Shown here: positions 9,551 through 18,543 of the stretch, piece after piece
Position numbering within the stretch: the stretch's first letter is position 1
How the letters are laid out: the number at the start of each line of letters is the position of its first letter
Assembly: GCA_001803235.1 (NCBI GenBank)
Contig: MHBL01000443.1
Span: 4,533-68,532 of the forward strand
From: Lentisphaerae bacterium RIFOXYA12_64_32
Lineage (GTDB): Bacteria; Verrucomicrobiota; Lentisphaeria; Oligosphaerales; YB12-FULL-65-16
Direction: 5' to 3'
Length of the DNA stretch: 64,000 bases
Made by a program: the position numbers and the translations under genes
The notes under the pieces: model-generated
Databases searched by the model: none
What the model was told of the DNA's origin: nothing
What the model saw: the letters and a program-made list of their open reading frames with translations, nothing else

Positions 9551-10834
9551 ATGGCGAATTCAGCAGTTGCGCAACCGGCCTCAGGCGTGCCGGACAAAGA
9601 CAAGCGGATTCTGCGCGAGCTCGGAAAGCGCAAGGCGGAGATTGCGGCGCTGCCGATTCAGCAGGAGCGCCGGGAACTCTGGCGGCGGTTGAACCAGCTC
9701 GATTCGGTCCGGCCCATGGTCTACGTGATGGGGAGCGAGACGCCATGGAACGAGATGGATGTCAACGACGAACTGGTCCTGCGCTGCGAGAGTCAATGGG
9801 GGCGCAACCTGGAAACCGCGCTGCGCCGGGAGCTTTACAAGTGGGACCACATGCAGGGCGACATGGTCATGGATCCGGCGATCGAGGTCCTGCCGCCGGT
9901 GCGCGACACCGGGTTCGGGATCGGCGAGAAGGTTGACGTCGCGCGCACCGATGCCGCCAACGACGTGGTGTCCCGGCACTTTCAGATCCAGATCAAGGAC
10001 GAGGGCGACATCGAGAAGATCCGTGTCCCCGAACTGACATTTGAGCCCGCCGATTGGGATCGCAGCGTGGCGCAGTACCGTGAAGTGTTCGACAACGCGA
10101 TTCAGGTCGAGAAACGCGGCATCTGGATGACCAGCATCGCGCCGTGGGACTTCCTCGTGCGGCTGACCGGGGTCGAGGAGGTGCTGCTGGACATGTGCGA
10201 GCGGCCCGCATACGTGCACCGCCTCATGGACTGGACGACGAACGCCTACCTGCGCCGCCTGGACCAATGGGAGGAACTGAACGTCCTGAGCCTGAACAAC
10301 GACCACCGCCTGGGCGGTGGGCCGCAGTACACGAACGAACTGCCGCCGCCGGACTTCAACCCCGGCAAGGTCCGCACGCAAGACATGTGGGGCCGGACCA
10401 TGTCGCAGATCTTCTCGGCGGTTTCACCCGCGATGCACGAGGAGTTCGCACTGCAATACGAGTGCCGGTGGCTGCACCGGTTCGGCCTGACCTACTACGG
10501 GTGCTGCGAGCCGCTCGACCGGAAAGTCGAGATCCTGCGCAAGAACGTGCCGAACCTGCGCAAGATCTCCATGAGCCCGTGGGTCGACCTGGACCTGGCG
10601 GCCAAGAATGTGGGGACGGACTACGTGTTCTCCTACAAACACAGCCCCGCCGTGCTGGCCGAGGACAAGTGGGACCCGGCGATCGTGCGCCGCTCACTGC
10701 AGCAGGATCTGAAGCGCCTGCGCGGCCTGCACGTCGAAATCATTATGAAGGACATCAGCACGGTCCGGTACGAGCCGAAACGACTCTGGGATTGGGCCCA
10801 AATCGCCCGCGAAGTCGCAGAGCAGTGCGCGTGA
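9551..10834 (+). CDS. URO-D/methyltransferase-like TIM-barrel protein
   Basis: SQIFSAVSPAMHEEFALQYE, TYYGCCEPLD, NLRKISMSPW and EIIMKDISTV are motifs of a divergent UroD-like family. Confidence 0.65.
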   Translation: MANSAVAQPASGVPDKDKRILRELGKRKAEIAALPIQQERRELWRRLNQLDSVRPMVYVMGSETPWNEMDVNDELVLRCESQWGRNLETALRRELYKWDHMQGDMVMDPAIEVLPPVRDTGFGIGEKVDVARTDAANDVVSRHFQIQIKDEGDIEKIRVPELTFEPADWDRSVAQYREVFDNAIQVEKRGIWMTSIAPWDFLVRLTGVEEVLLDMCERPAYVHRLMDWTTNAYLRRLDQWEELNVLSLNNDHRLGGGPQYTNELPPPDFNPGKVRTQDMWGRTMSQIFSAVSPAMHEEFALQYECRWLHRFGLTYYGCCEPLDRKVEILRKNVPNLRKISMSPWVDLDLAAKNVGTDYVFSYKHSPAVLAEDKWDPAIVRRSLQQDLKRLRGLHVEIIMKDISTVRYEPKRLWDWAQIAREVAEQCA

Positions 10835-10835
10835 C

Positions 10836-11085
10836 GCCATGTTGCGTTCACGATGAACGTTATGGGGTTCCACCCCATGCCCCGCCGGGGAATCATTGAC
10901 TCCCCGGACCCCGCAGTGCGGATTACGGACCTGGCGATGGGCAAGATGTTCTTGGACAGTACACAAGGGTGAGTCGCCCATCGCCAGGTCCGCAATCCGC
11001 CTATGGGAGGTCTGGAGGGTCAGCGATCCTCCAGCGGGGGTTTGGGGGCGGAGCCTCCAAACGTTCGTCGTGAGTGCAGCCTGGC
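10836..11085. repeat. ~250-bp nested inverted-repeat element (REPIN/MITE-like or structured RNA)
   Basis: Outer 26-bp stem 10836-10861/11060-11085 and inner 25-bp stem 10918-10942/10976-11000. Small GC hairpins sit on both arms between them. Confidence 0.7.
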
Positions 11086-11121
11086 ATGAAGTGCGTCGGA
11101 AATGGACAGGAGGGTTGGGTC

Positions 11122-14034
11122 ATGCGAACGAACCTTGTCGTGGGTCTGGCGCTCGTGGTGCCGGTCTGTGCCTGGGCGTTGGGCGCCAGGGCGGCGGACG
11201 CGCCGTCGCTGCTCAAGAACGGCGGGTTCGAGCAGCTCGAGCCGCGCCCGGGTGTGTCTGAGACCGGCGGCAAGAGCGGGAGCTGGATGCTCAAAGGCGG
11301 TCCGAATGTCCCCGCCGACTGGTACCCGAGCGATTACTTCGGCGGCGAGCTGGAGGTGCGGTCCGATGGTGCGCCCGAGGGCAAGGTCTACGTGCACGTT
11401 CAGGCCGGCGCCGAGCGCGAGGCGCACCTGCACCAGGCCTGCCCCGGGTTGTGGGCGGCGGGGTATTTCAAGGCCACGCTCCGCTACCGTGGCGGCCCGG
11501 TTCTGATCGAGTCGTACGAGTACCGGGAGACGGGCAAGAACCCCGTCGTGGTGCCCATCGCGACCGGCCCCGTCTCAACCGACTGGCGGCTGCTCGAGAC
11601 CGTCTATCTACCGGAGGCGGGGGAAGACTTCCGGATCGCCGTCGCTGTGGGGAAGGGCTGTGCCGCGGACCTCGACGATGTGCGCATCTGGCCGAGCGAG
11701 CCGGAGCCGGAAGCCGAACGCCCGGGCTGGCTCAATGCCAGGAACTACGGCGTCTCGGGTTCGGCCTTCGAGACCACAGCCCAGACTACCGCGGGCTCGA
11801 AGGAGATCGTCATCAAGACGCCCGGCGACTTCCGCGCGGGCCAGGAAGTGATCCTGTCGAAGTGTCATCCCACGGTTGTGCAGGCCACGGTCTACGGACC
11901 CCAGACGCCGTATGCGGTTGCCAAGAAGCCAGCCGCCGAACTGGTCGAGTTCCGGGGCTATGACGAATGGGACAAGGAGTGGGATCCGTACTTCCTCGAT
12001 ATCGAGCGCGCCACGCCACCCGCGTTCCGGTGGAGCAACGACATTGCCCGGACCTGGCAGCCGAAGATGCCGATCACGTTTGACTGGCAGCCGCTCGCCG
12101 GCGGGCTGGAGGTGCGGTTTAAGGACAAGGACTTCGACTGGGCCGGGGGCTACACGGTCGCCTTCAGCATCCGAAGCCAGTTGCAGACCGTCATCGAGAA
12201 GATCGACGGGAATCGCGTCACCCTGCGCGACGCACCGAAGCGCGCCGTGGCCGACGCGGTGATCCGGCACGTGGACTCGGGTGCGCTGCAGGCGCTTGTG
12301 GACCGGGCGCTCAAAGAGAAGCGCCATGTCTACCTGCCGCCCGGCCGGTACCGCCTAACCCGCGGCATCACGGTGCGGGACCCGGAAGGGCTCACGATCG
12401 AGGGCGCGGACGGCGTGCACACCGTTCTGGACTTCCAGTACGGCGCGGGTGTGTGCATCAGCTTGAACGGCGGCACCGAGGCGACGATCCGCAACCTGGC
12501 GATGGTCGGGCACAGCGGGTTTGCGGATCGGGACCAGTGCGGCTATCTCTCCATGTGGGGTAGCGGCTTCTTCTGGGGCATGTCCCTGAAGCAGTGCTAT
12601 GCAACGGATGTCAACGGGACCGAACGCGTGCTGGTGGAGAACGTGCACGCCAGCCGTATGTCCAGCGAATGCTTTGCCGCGTACGGGCCGAGTCGCGGCA
12701 CCATGGCGGAGCCGGGGAAGAAGCCGTACTCGAAGGCGATCACCTATCTGCGGTGCTCCGCGACCGACTGCGGCAGGAACGCGTTCAATGATGTCAACTG
12801 CGGCCCGGAGAATACGAGCATCCTTTACTGCCGCATCGTCGATGTCGGTGGGTGCGCCTGGGAGAGCGCGTCGCGCTTCGTAAAATTTGTCGGCAACTAC
12901 GTGCGCAACGCCGGCACCGTGGCGATCGGCAACCTGGGGCCCGGCAACCGCGACCCGTCGTTCGCCGACGTGGGGTCGGGGCAGCACATCATCAAGGACA
13001 ATGTGTTCGAGAGCGTGGTGCCGTACGGCGGTTGCGCCGTGCGCTCCTGTCACGGCTCGACTCAGGTCATCATCGCCAACAACCTGTTCATCAACTTCGG
13101 GTCCTCCGCCGTCGAGGCCCTGGGGCTAGCCGACACGGACCACTTCCCTTCGGCGAACACGACGATCACGGGCAATATCTTCGACATGACCTGTGTCACG
13201 GACAAGCCGGTGGCGCGGCACGCCATCGAGGTGAGCACGAATGACACGATCGTCAGCGACAACCAAATCTACGTGCGCGGGAACTGCGACCCGCTGGTGA
13301 CCGGGATCCGCGTCCGCGAACCGGCCTTGAACGTGAACATCCACGACAACCTGGTCCGGAACTGCGGCGTCGGCCTGGTCACGGCCCGCGCTTCAGCGCC
13401 GGTGGTTGAGGTCATCGACAACACGACGTTCGCCTCCGCTGCCTACTCGGTGCCGTTCGCGCGGCCGCCCACGTCGCACGCCTACCGCGGCTGGAACCTG
13501 GTGTGGCTGGCTGGCGGACAACCGACCGGTGTCTCGGTCATTGACGCCTTCGACACGGACGCGCTGCGGTTCAAGCTGCGCGAACCGCGCGAGATGAAGA
13601 AGGGCGACATGTTCGAGGTGTTCCCGCCGACCGGCGCCAACTGGGACCTGCACGACAACACGGTCACCGACTGCCAGCGGCCGGTCGTGCTCGATTCGTA
13701 CGGCAGTGAGACGTCCATGTTCCGCCGGAATCTCGTGACGCGCGGCGCGGCCGCCGGGGTCAAGCAGGCGGTTGAAGTCCGCGGCTGGTTCAAGCTGGGG
13801 GAAAACCACATCAGCGGCTTTGACGAACCGGAATCCGCCGCGCTGTGGCTCTTCCCGGACCGGCTCGGCCGGCCGCCGCGCAATATGTTCCTGAACAACG
13901 TCTTCGACCGGTGCAACACCGTCGTGCGCGAGGCCGCGGCGGGGCTCTGGGGCAAGAGCGTGGTTGACGGCAATCTCTTCATCGGCTGCCAGACGGCGCC
14001 CGCAACCGGCGGCCGGGCGCCTGCCGCGCCGTGA
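11122..14034 (+). CDS. Secreted beta-helix protein, paralogue 3, with an N-terminal CBM-like domain
   Basis: Signal peptide, LLKNGGFE...DLDDVRIW (CBM4/9-like beta-sandwich), then the same GWLNARNYGVSGS beta-helix core. Confidence 0.75.
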   Translation: MRTNLVVGLALVVPVCAWALGARAADAPSLLKNGGFEQLEPRPGVSETGGKSGSWMLKGGPNVPADWYPSDYFGGELEVRSDGAPEGKVYVHVQAGAEREAHLHQACPGLWAAGYFKATLRYRGGPVLIESYEYRETGKNPVVVPIATGPVSTDWRLLETVYLPEAGEDFRIAVAVGKGCAADLDDVRIWPSEPEPEAERPGWLNARNYGVSGSAFETTAQTTAGSKEIVIKTPGDFRAGQEVILSKCHPTVVQATVYGPQTPYAVAKKPAAELVEFRGYDEWDKEWDPYFLDIERATPPAFRWSNDIARTWQPKMPITFDWQPLAGGLEVRFKDKDFDWAGGYTVAFSIRSQLQTVIEKIDGNRVTLRDAPKRAVADAVIRHVDSGALQALVDRALKEKRHVYLPPGRYRLTRGITVRDPEGLTIEGADGVHTVLDFQYGAGVCISLNGGTEATIRNLAMVGHSGFADRDQCGYLSMWGSGFFWGMSLKQCYATDVNGTERVLVENVHASRMSSECFAAYGPSRGTMAEPGKKPYSKAITYLRCSATDCGRNAFNDVNCGPENTSILYCRIVDVGGCAWESASRFVKFVGNYVRNAGTVAIGNLGPGNRDPSFADVGSGQHIIKDNVFESVVPYGGCAVRSCHGSTQVIIANNLFINFGSSAVEALGLADTDHFPSANTTITGNIFDMTCVTDKPVARHAIEVSTNDTIVSDNQIYVRGNCDPLVTGIRVREPALNVNIHDNLVRNCGVGLVTARASAPVVEVIDNTTFASAAYSVPFARPPTSHAYRGWNLVWLAGGQPTGVSVIDAFDTDALRFKLREPREMKKGDMFEVFPPTGANWDLHDNTVTDCQRPVVLDSYGSETSMFRRNLVTRGAAAGVKQAVEVRGWFKLGENHISGFDEPESAALWLFPDRLGRPPRNMFLNNVFDRCNTVVREAAAGLWGKSVVDGNLFIGCQTAPATGGRAPAAP

Positions 14035-14137
14035 GGGCAGGGCATTGCACTCGTGGCTTTGTGGCTTTGTCTGGCTTCAGCGCCCCACGGCCGCAAGGAC
14101 CGTGGCGGCGCGGACGGACGCGAGTAACATCCAAACA

Positions 14138-14178
14138 TGACCGGGCCGTCTGCCGCCCGGGGGACGCTGACGCATTAC
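14138..14178. repeat. Dispersed ~41-bp repeat ending in CTGACGCATTAC
   Basis: A near-identical inverted copy starts at 18288. The 12-mer core also occurs at 42405-42416 and 53742-53753. Confidence 0.7.
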
Positions 14179-14199
14179 CATTCAGGCTGCACCGCCAGG

Positions 14200-14228
14200 T
14201 TGCACGCAATCCAACCACGGTCTATATT
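14200..14228 (+). promoter_or_regulatory. Putative sigma70 promoter of vapBC
   Basis: TTGCAC-17 bp-TATATT upstream of ATG 14253. Confidence 0.55.
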
Positions 14229-14252
14229 TGCATCAGAATTGGAGCAAGAACG

Positions 14253-14468
14253 ATGAGAATCACCGTTGATATTGATGCAAAACAGCTTGCCAGTATCCAG
14301 AAGGAAACGGGATCTCGCAAGAAATCCAGAGCGGTGCGGTGCGCCGTAGACAGCTACCTCGATGGTCTGGCTCGACGGCGTTTTCTGCGTAAGGTGCTTG
14401 ACGGCGGCACGGACTACCCACTGACGAACCGTGAGCTCGAGGCGCTGGGCACCTATGACGCTCATTGA
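14253..14468 (+). CDS. vapB: VapB-family antitoxin
   Basis: 71 aa, MRITVDIDAKQL...KKSRAVRCAV (RHH-type). Overlaps the downstream PIN gene. Confidence 0.8.
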   Translation: MRITVDIDAKQLASIQKETGSRKKSRAVRCAVDSYLDGLARRRFLRKVLDGGTDYPLTNRELEALGTYDAH

Positions 14469-14844
14469 CACATCGGCGTGGATCGAGTTCTTCCGCAAGT
14501 CGGGGAACCGCGACATCAAGGCCCGGGTCGCGGCTTACCTCGAACTGGGCGAGGCCGCACACTGCGGACCGGTACAGTTCGAACTCCTCACCGGCGCCAG
14601 GGAAGCCGAGATCGCAGACATTCGCACGGCTTTGGCTTTCAGCGTACGGCTGGATTTTCCAGTTGACTGTTGGGACCGAGCCGCACAAATCGAGAAAGCT
14701 CTGCGCGGCAAAGGTGTCACGGTCCCGCGTGATGACATCTTTGTTGCCGCCGCCGCACTGCATCATGGTGTTGCACTCTACGCAGACGACTCCCATTTTA
14801 CCCTGATGCGCGACAAAGGACCGTTCCCGTTGCTTCTGCGGTGA
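14455..14844 (+). CDS. vapC: VapC PIN-domain toxin
   Basis: LIDTSAWIEFFR...ELLTG...DDIFVAAAA...LYADDSHF PIN motifs. Confidence 0.9.
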   Translation: MTLIDTSAWIEFFRKSGNRDIKARVAAYLELGEAAHCGPVQFELLTGAREAEIADIRTALAFSVRLDFPVDCWDRAAQIEKALRGKGVTVPRDDIFVAAAALHHGVALYADDSHFTLMRDKGPFPLLLR

Positions 14845-15144
14845 GCGACGGGGTATGCCGACGAGGTGACGAGGTCGGCACCACCCACGAGTTCATCTGA
14901 TCTCGTTCCCCGTCGGCCGGCGAGGGCTCCGAGATCTGCCCTTGTGACGACTTCAGCCCGGTTTCGCTCGACCCCGCCCCCGGTTCAATCCGCCAACGAC
15001 GATGGGTGCCCATGGTGGGGTGCTGGGATAGTTTCCCTCATTACTGGGTGGGGCATGTCGAGCGCGACCCGCGCTGGCGCGACAGCACGCGAGGCGGCCG
15101 GCGTGGGCCGGTCGCCTCGTGTGTGTGGAGCGTGAAGTGCGGGG

Positions 15145-16440
15145 TTACTTCAGGAACAGTTCGACGACGGGGATGTCGACAGGGGGCTTGGTCTGCGGCA
15201 GGTTGACCACGAGCGTCTTGCCGCTTTCCAGGCCGAGCTGCTTGCCGTGCCAGTCGTCGATGCCGCACTTGATCTCGGATGCGTCGTTGAGCAGTTGCGC
15301 GTACTCGACGCGGTCGACAAAGGCGTTGCCGTCCAGGTAGAGGTGTTTGTAGGGCCAGGCGAAGATGTGGACGTAAAGGCGCTTCTTCTCCGGGTTCCAC
15401 GTGAGCCGGCAGTTTTCGGGCGCCTTGAACTCGGCCGGGGCTTCCGTGCACCCGTAGATGCTGCGGCCGTGACGGCGCATCCAGTCGCCCATGCCGTTCA
15501 GGCGCGCCAGGGCGCGCGCGTCGAACTCGCCGCGGCCGGTGGGGCCCACGTTGAGCAGCAGATTGCCGCCCTTGCTGACGCAGTCGATCAGGGTGCGCAG
15601 GAGCTGGTCCGTGTCGCGCCAGGACGATTCGTCGCGGTGGTAGCCCCACGACCCCGAGAAGGTCTGGCAGGCTTCCCACACGACGCGCTGCCCATCGACC
15701 GTAACCCACTGCCGGGGCTGGACCTGTTCCGGGGTCTTGATGTCCCAGCCGTAAGGCAGGTCGAGACGGTCGTCCAGCAGCACCTGGGGCTGCAGCTTGC
15801 GGATCATGTCCAGAAGTTCTTCCGAGCGCCAATCGGCATGGCCCTTGCCGGAGCCGTCGGGCTTCGGATAGCTGAAATCGAACCACATGATGTCGATCTT
15901 GCCGAACTCGGTCAGCAGTTCGCGGACCTGCCCGTGCAGGTAGTCGGCGTACTTCATCTGGTCGCGTCCGACATTGAGCTTCTCGCGGTCCGCGTGTTGG
16001 CGGTAGGGGCCAATGTGCGGGTCGAGGATGTAGTGCGGGTGATGCCAGTCGATCAGGGAATGGTAGAGCCCGACGCGCAGCCCCTGGCCCCGGAAGGCGT
16101 CAACCATGGGGCGCAACAGATCGCGCTTCGCGGGGGTGTTGGGGGCCTTGTAGTCGGTCAGTTTCGAGTCCCACAGGCAAAACCCCTCATGGTGCTTCGT
16201 GGTGATCACGAAATACTTCATGCCCGCGCGCGCTGCGGTGTCGGCCCACATCTGGGGATCGTAGAGATCGGGATCAAAATGCTTGAAATAGCGCTTCTCA
16301 TACTCTTCGACCGTGATGCGCTCGTTGTTCATCAGCCACTCGTGCCGCGCCCCGAGTGCGTACAACCCCCAGTGAATGAACATCCCGAACCGGTCGTGCA
16401 CAAACCAGGAACTGTCGCCTTTCTGGTGATTCTCAGCCAT
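15145..16440 (-). CDS. Alpha-L-fucosidase (GH29)
   Basis: WFVHDRFGMFIHWGLY, TTKHHEGFCLWDS, IMWFDFS and GGNLLLNVGPTGRG. Confidence 0.93.
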   Translation of the reverse strand: MAENHQKGDSSWFVHDRFGMFIHWGLYALGARHEWLMNNERITVEEYEKRYFKHFDPDLYDPQMWADTAARAGMKYFVITTKHHEGFCLWDSKLTDYKAPNTPAKRDLLRPMVDAFRGQGLRVGLYHSLIDWHHPHYILDPHIGPYRQHADREKLNVGRDQMKYADYLHGQVRELLTEFGKIDIMWFDFSYPKPDGSGKGHADWRSEELLDMIRKLQPQVLLDDRLDLPYGWDIKTPEQVQPRQWVTVDGQRVVWEACQTFSGSWGYHRDESSWRDTDQLLRTLIDCVSKGGNLLLNVGPTGRGEFDARALARLNGMGDWMRRHGRSIYGCTEAPAEFKAPENCRLTWNPEKKRLYVHIFAWPYKHLYLDGNAFVDRVEYAQLLNDASEIKCGIDDWHGKQLGLESGKTLVVNLPQTKPPVDIPVVELFLK

Positions 16441-16675
16441 GCGGGTCTCCTGTTGTCAACTCTCTGTCGACATCATTTCAGGTTTCGTGGTGACGCCGGC
16501 ACGCCGGCGCGGCGTTAACAATGCATTCCCTTCAATATCCACCCAAACGTTCTCCGGGAAATGCAGGAGACCATCTTTCTTGTGTACATTTCTCGCACCT
16601 GGCGGTCAGTCTCGGTCGACGCGGAACCATGCATCCGCGGTGAACAGGCGGCGATCTTCGCCCGATGGCAGCCGC

Positions 16676-17566
16676 CTACGCCAGCGCGATGAGGATGAGG
16701 CCGATGGCGATGATGGCGGTGCCGACCGCGCGGCCCTGCGTCACACGCTCCTTGAGCACCAGCGCGCCGAGCACGACGCCGAGCACGACAGACAGTTGCC
16801 GAAAGCCCACGACGTAGCTGACGTTGGCGAACTGGTAGGCGACCATGACGAAGCCGTAGGAGAACGTCATCAGGAACGCTGCGATCCATACCTTCTTGGC
16901 GTGCGTGACGAGCGGTCGCAGCGTTTCGCGCTGCCGCAGCCCGAAGCGCGCGATGCCGTAGAGCATCACGCCGGTCAGGAGCCACTCGAGCGCCATGTAT
17001 CCGAGCGAACCCAGGGTGCCGGCGGCGCGGTAGGGCGGCAGCGAGCCGTACTTGTCGAACAGCGAGTACCCGCTGGTGGCCAGGGCGGTGAGTAACGCGA
17101 ATCCCATCGCCGGGCTCAGGAACGAGCCCGACCTGACTTCCCGCGCGAAGTCCTTGAGCGACCCGAACGGGATCAGGAAGCAGCCTGCCACCACGAGCAC
17201 GATGCCCGCCAGCCCTGTCGCCGATGTTGTCTCACCAAGCATGAGCCCCGCGATCGTCACCACGAAGATGGGCGCCGACCTGGAGACCGGGTAACCGACC
17301 GAGAAGTCGCCCTTGCGGTAGGTGTGGTAGAGGAAGAGATAGTAGAACGCGTTGCAGACGGAACTGGCCAGCAGGTGCGGTGCAACCGGCAGGAAGATTT
17401 CGATTCGCGGCAAGGTCCACAGCGCCAGCGGCACGACCAGGATTGCCGCCGCAACATTGAACGACACCAGGAACCCGGCGTCCGATGACTCTTCTTTCAG
17501 GTACACGTTCCACGTGGCGTGGAACACCACCGACGCGGCAACCAACAGGATGGCGACAAGACTCAT
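16676..17566 (-). CDS. EamA/DMT family transporter
   Basis: About 10 hydrophobic helices, HATWN, GDFSVGYPVSRSAP and LKERV. Confidence 0.85.
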   Translation of the reverse strand: MSLVAILLVAASVVFHATWNVYLKEESSDAGFLVSFNVAAAILVVPLALWTLPRIEIFLPVAPHLLASSVCNAFYYLFLYHTYRKGDFSVGYPVSRSAPIFVVTIAGLMLGETTSATGLAGIVLVVAGCFLIPFGSLKDFAREVRSGSFLSPAMGFALLTALATSGYSLFDKYGSLPPYRAAGTLGSLGYMALEWLLTGVMLYGIARFGLRQRETLRPLVTHAKKVWIAAFLMTFSYGFVMVAYQFANVSYVVGFRQLSVVLGVVLGALVLKERVTQGRAVGTAIIAIGLILIALA

Positions 17567-17684
17567 CAAGCGCTCCGTTTGAAAGCCGAGAACATAACCT
17601 GCCACCGCCGCGCGGCAACGCGGCCGAATTGTGTCTGGCGGACTGCGAAGGAGGGCGGGGGAGGCAGATGCGCGGCCTTGCGTA

Positions 17685-18152
17685 TCAGGCCCCGGTCACG
17701 GGGGCTGCCCGGAGGCAGTCGAAGACCTCGTTGATCACTCGCATGGCCTGCGGATCGCCGCCGGCGTCCGGGTGGAAGCGTTTGGCCAGAATCCGTCGTT
17801 TCGTGGGCGGATCCAGATACTCAAAGAGCGAGCCTGCCCCGAAGAATTCCGCGAAGACGCGTTGCTTCTCCTTGGGACTCAGCCGTTCGATATCGATGAA
17901 GAAGTTGGGCGGCAGGGCCTGGACGCGCTGCATGAACCGGCGGCGGTCCACTTCCACGCGCAGTTTGGGACTCACGGCGTACCGCAGGATGAAGTTCAGA
18001 ACAGACTTCTGGCTGAAGGATGAGAATCTGCCGAGGACACGGAACTGCGACGCGCGACCGGCATCGCGGAACCACAGGATGCAGGCTTCTGGAAACGTCG
18101 GGCAGTGGGTAATCTTGAAGCAGAGCCGGTCGATCGAGACCTCTGAGATCAC
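17685..18152 (-). CDS. Small protein with a C-terminal J-domain-like HPD motif
   Basis: KRRILAKRFHPDAGGDPQAMRVINEVF matches helix II-HPD-helix III of a J domain. The N-terminus is not recognised. Confidence 0.6.
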   Translation of the reverse strand: MISEVSIDRLCFKITHCPTFPEACILWFRDAGRASQFRVLGRFSSFSQKSVLNFILRYAVSPKLRVEVDRRRFMQRVQALPPNFFIDIERLSPKEKQRVFAEFFGAGSLFEYLDPPTKRRILAKRFHPDAGGDPQAMRVINEVFDCLRAAPVTGA

Positions 18153-18287
18153 GCGACAATGTTCGAGGTGGATATGTCCTGGCGTGCTTGGCTGAATGTT
18201 GTCCGACCTCCCAAGATGGTGAAACCAAGAACTATGTGAATATAAACGAAATCGGTGTGTCTGTCAACGGAGTCGGAACACAGATTC

Positions 18288-18432
18288 GTAATGCGTCAGC
18301 GCCCCCCGGGCGGCAGACCGCCCGGTCATACCAAGGTGAAACTGGCAACGACGCTTCCAGAGCCCGCGAGGACGCGGGCGTTCCAAAGTCAGACCCCGTG
18401 CCAGACCTTGGAGCGCCCGCGTCCTCGCGGGC
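18288..18432. repeat. Composite repeat: GTAATGCGTCAG-type repeat plus an inverted REP pair
   Basis: AGCCCGCGAGGACGCGGGCGTTCCAA (18361-18386) is inverted to TTGGAGCGCCCGCGTCCTCGCGGGC (18408-18432). A further copy is at 26001-26025. Confidence 0.7.
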
Positions 18433-18543
18433 GCTGGGCACCCCCGGTTTCATGGGAGTCAACGGTGGATGTGCCGTCGTGGGCGGGGTGGAAATCCGCT
18501 CTGACGCACGAAACAATGCGGCCGGGAACCGTGAGGAGAGGGA

